Assembly: GCF_001194135.2 (NCBI RefSeq)
Contig: NC_068989.1
Span: 59,531,009 to 59,595,008, forward strand
Source: Octopus bimaculoides
Lineage: Eukaryota
Length of the DNA stretch: 64,000 nucleotides
Reading direction: 5' to 3'
In this document: positions 62,441 through 64,000 of the stretch, piece by piece
How the letters are laid out: each line of letters begins with the position of its first letter
How positions within the stretch are numbered: position 1 is the stretch's first letter
Program-made: the position numbers and the translations under genes
Notes under the pieces: generated by a model
What the model saw: the letters and a program-made list of their open reading frames with translations, nothing else
The model's database searches: none
What the model was told of the DNA's origin: nothing

Positions 62441-64000
62441 TAAAATAGCTTATACACTTGTATCCTTTTATTATGTCAGCTTTCTTGTTATCAGGAATAA
62501 CTGTTAATGACTGATACAGGGTCAAAATCAAAATATCTTAAAAGAAATATCAGTTTGATAAGTGCCATGCACGAAACTCTCTGTCCTTAAGTTACATTTT
62601 AACTTTCTGCCGATTAAAAATACTAACAAAATATAAATACCCGTGCATTGAGTTCGGTATATCTTGTCTGTTCTACCAAACCTGTTAAAACTAATATAGA
62701 AATTTCAATTTGAAACAATTTTGCTTTAAACTTAAATTCGAATCAATAACAACTTAAAATTTTTTTATCGCAGTTTTTAGAGATTTTTCTTCAACATTTT
62801 TTTACAAGTTCAAACTTCCCTTTTAAGTTTGTTTTGTTATTAATTTATATATTTTTTTTAATATATTTTGTAGTTGAAATTCCTAGCAAAATGTTCAGTA
62901 GTTTAAACTATAGCAGCAACTTGGCTCTTCATTCATATTGATTACATTAGTCAATATCTCTAACTCCATCATACAAATCCCGGTGGCCGAAATCGAAATG
63001 CAATTCCAGTTCCTGATTGGAGCAATATACCTTCGTTAATTTCTTTGGAGAAGGCATGAACATCACAATTTCCCTCTGCCCTCATCTAAAATAAAATGAT
63101 TTCGCGGTGAAGCAAAAACAAATCCAATAGCTTTATTTGTAAACAAGAAGACTAAATCACATTTTGTCCAAAAAATAATTATGTAACACAGTCTCTGAAT
63201 CCAATAAAAACTCGGTTTTGAGTATCTAATAAAGCTTCAAAGCTGATAACTGCATGTTGTGTCTACATTGTATTTGGGGAAAGTTAATACTCCCTGCACT
63301 GACAAGGGTAGCATTTCCTGCGCATGGAATAAAAGAAATGAAACAGAGTTCATTAGCTGCAATACCAGTAACCAACAATACAAATAAACGCACAATTATT
63401 AAGTTTATGGTAAAAATATATTGGAAAATTTCCTTTTTCTAGGATTCAGAAAAGAGTCCGGCTTTTTTTGTCTTTCTTTGTAAGATATGTTGTCAAAGGC
63501 TTCTTCATGAAGATTTTATGCTTGGTAAATCACTTTCAAAGTGAACGATTAATGAGGAAACGCTTAAGTTTGTGAAAGTTTTCATCATTAAATGTAACGA
63601 TGACAGTAAAAAAAAAAATGTTATACTTGGTAGGGATGGAGCACGAGCATTGTTTCTACAATGGATTGTTCCAACAGATCCAAGGACTATTACCAAACTA
63701 TATATGGTAGCATTTTATTATTCATAGGTAAGTTTCGGCTGTGAAATGCATGCCCTTTATTTTGAGCTCAACTCTTCAAGAATGTTGGAACTTTATTAAT
63801 TATTAAAAAAATCTCATCCATTAAATACAGAACTATGAACAGAATTAGAAAGTTAATCCGAAGATGTCTTATATTATCGGTCGTAATAGTGATCAGTTGG
63901 AATTGTTTTGAAGAGATTTTTTAATAAAATGTTTTAATATTTCTAGATCAATATTCTTAACTGGCAACAAATAACTTTAAAGATAGATTTCATTAATTTG

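Overview
Eukaryotic, AT-rich, microsatellite-saturated non-coding DNA with many N gaps, each flanked by simple repeats. The repeat landscape looks like a draft octopus (coleoid cephalopod) assembly; this is inferred from repeat style, not proven. I found no intact host gene. Most recognisable sequence is decayed mobile DNA: at least four tRNA-headed SINE families; RTE, CR1, Tx1/L1, R4/Dong-type and Penelope-like retroelement fragments; and mariner, Tc1 and Tigger remnants and MITEs. Three loci stand out. (1) 12752-13743 is a foxj1-like retrocopy made only of the first coding exon joined head-to-tail. The end of the exon (...ADPSWQ) is fused twice to its own 5'UTR and ATG, the insert covers about 1.9 turns of a ~597-nt unit, it has a head-to-head inversion, no poly(A) and a 14-bp TSD. 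This is the signature expected of a reverse-transcribed circular RNA. (2) 35128-35652 is an inverted, more-than-unit-length insert carrying a perfect minimal type I hammerhead ribozyme, with the same insertion topology (retrozyme- or Penelope-like). (3) 38108-38474 is a TSD-flanked tRNA-headed SINE whose 3' tail contains a Penelope-type minimal hammerhead. Nearly all ORFs in the supplied track are microsatellite or gap artefacts. All alignments and counts were done by eye.
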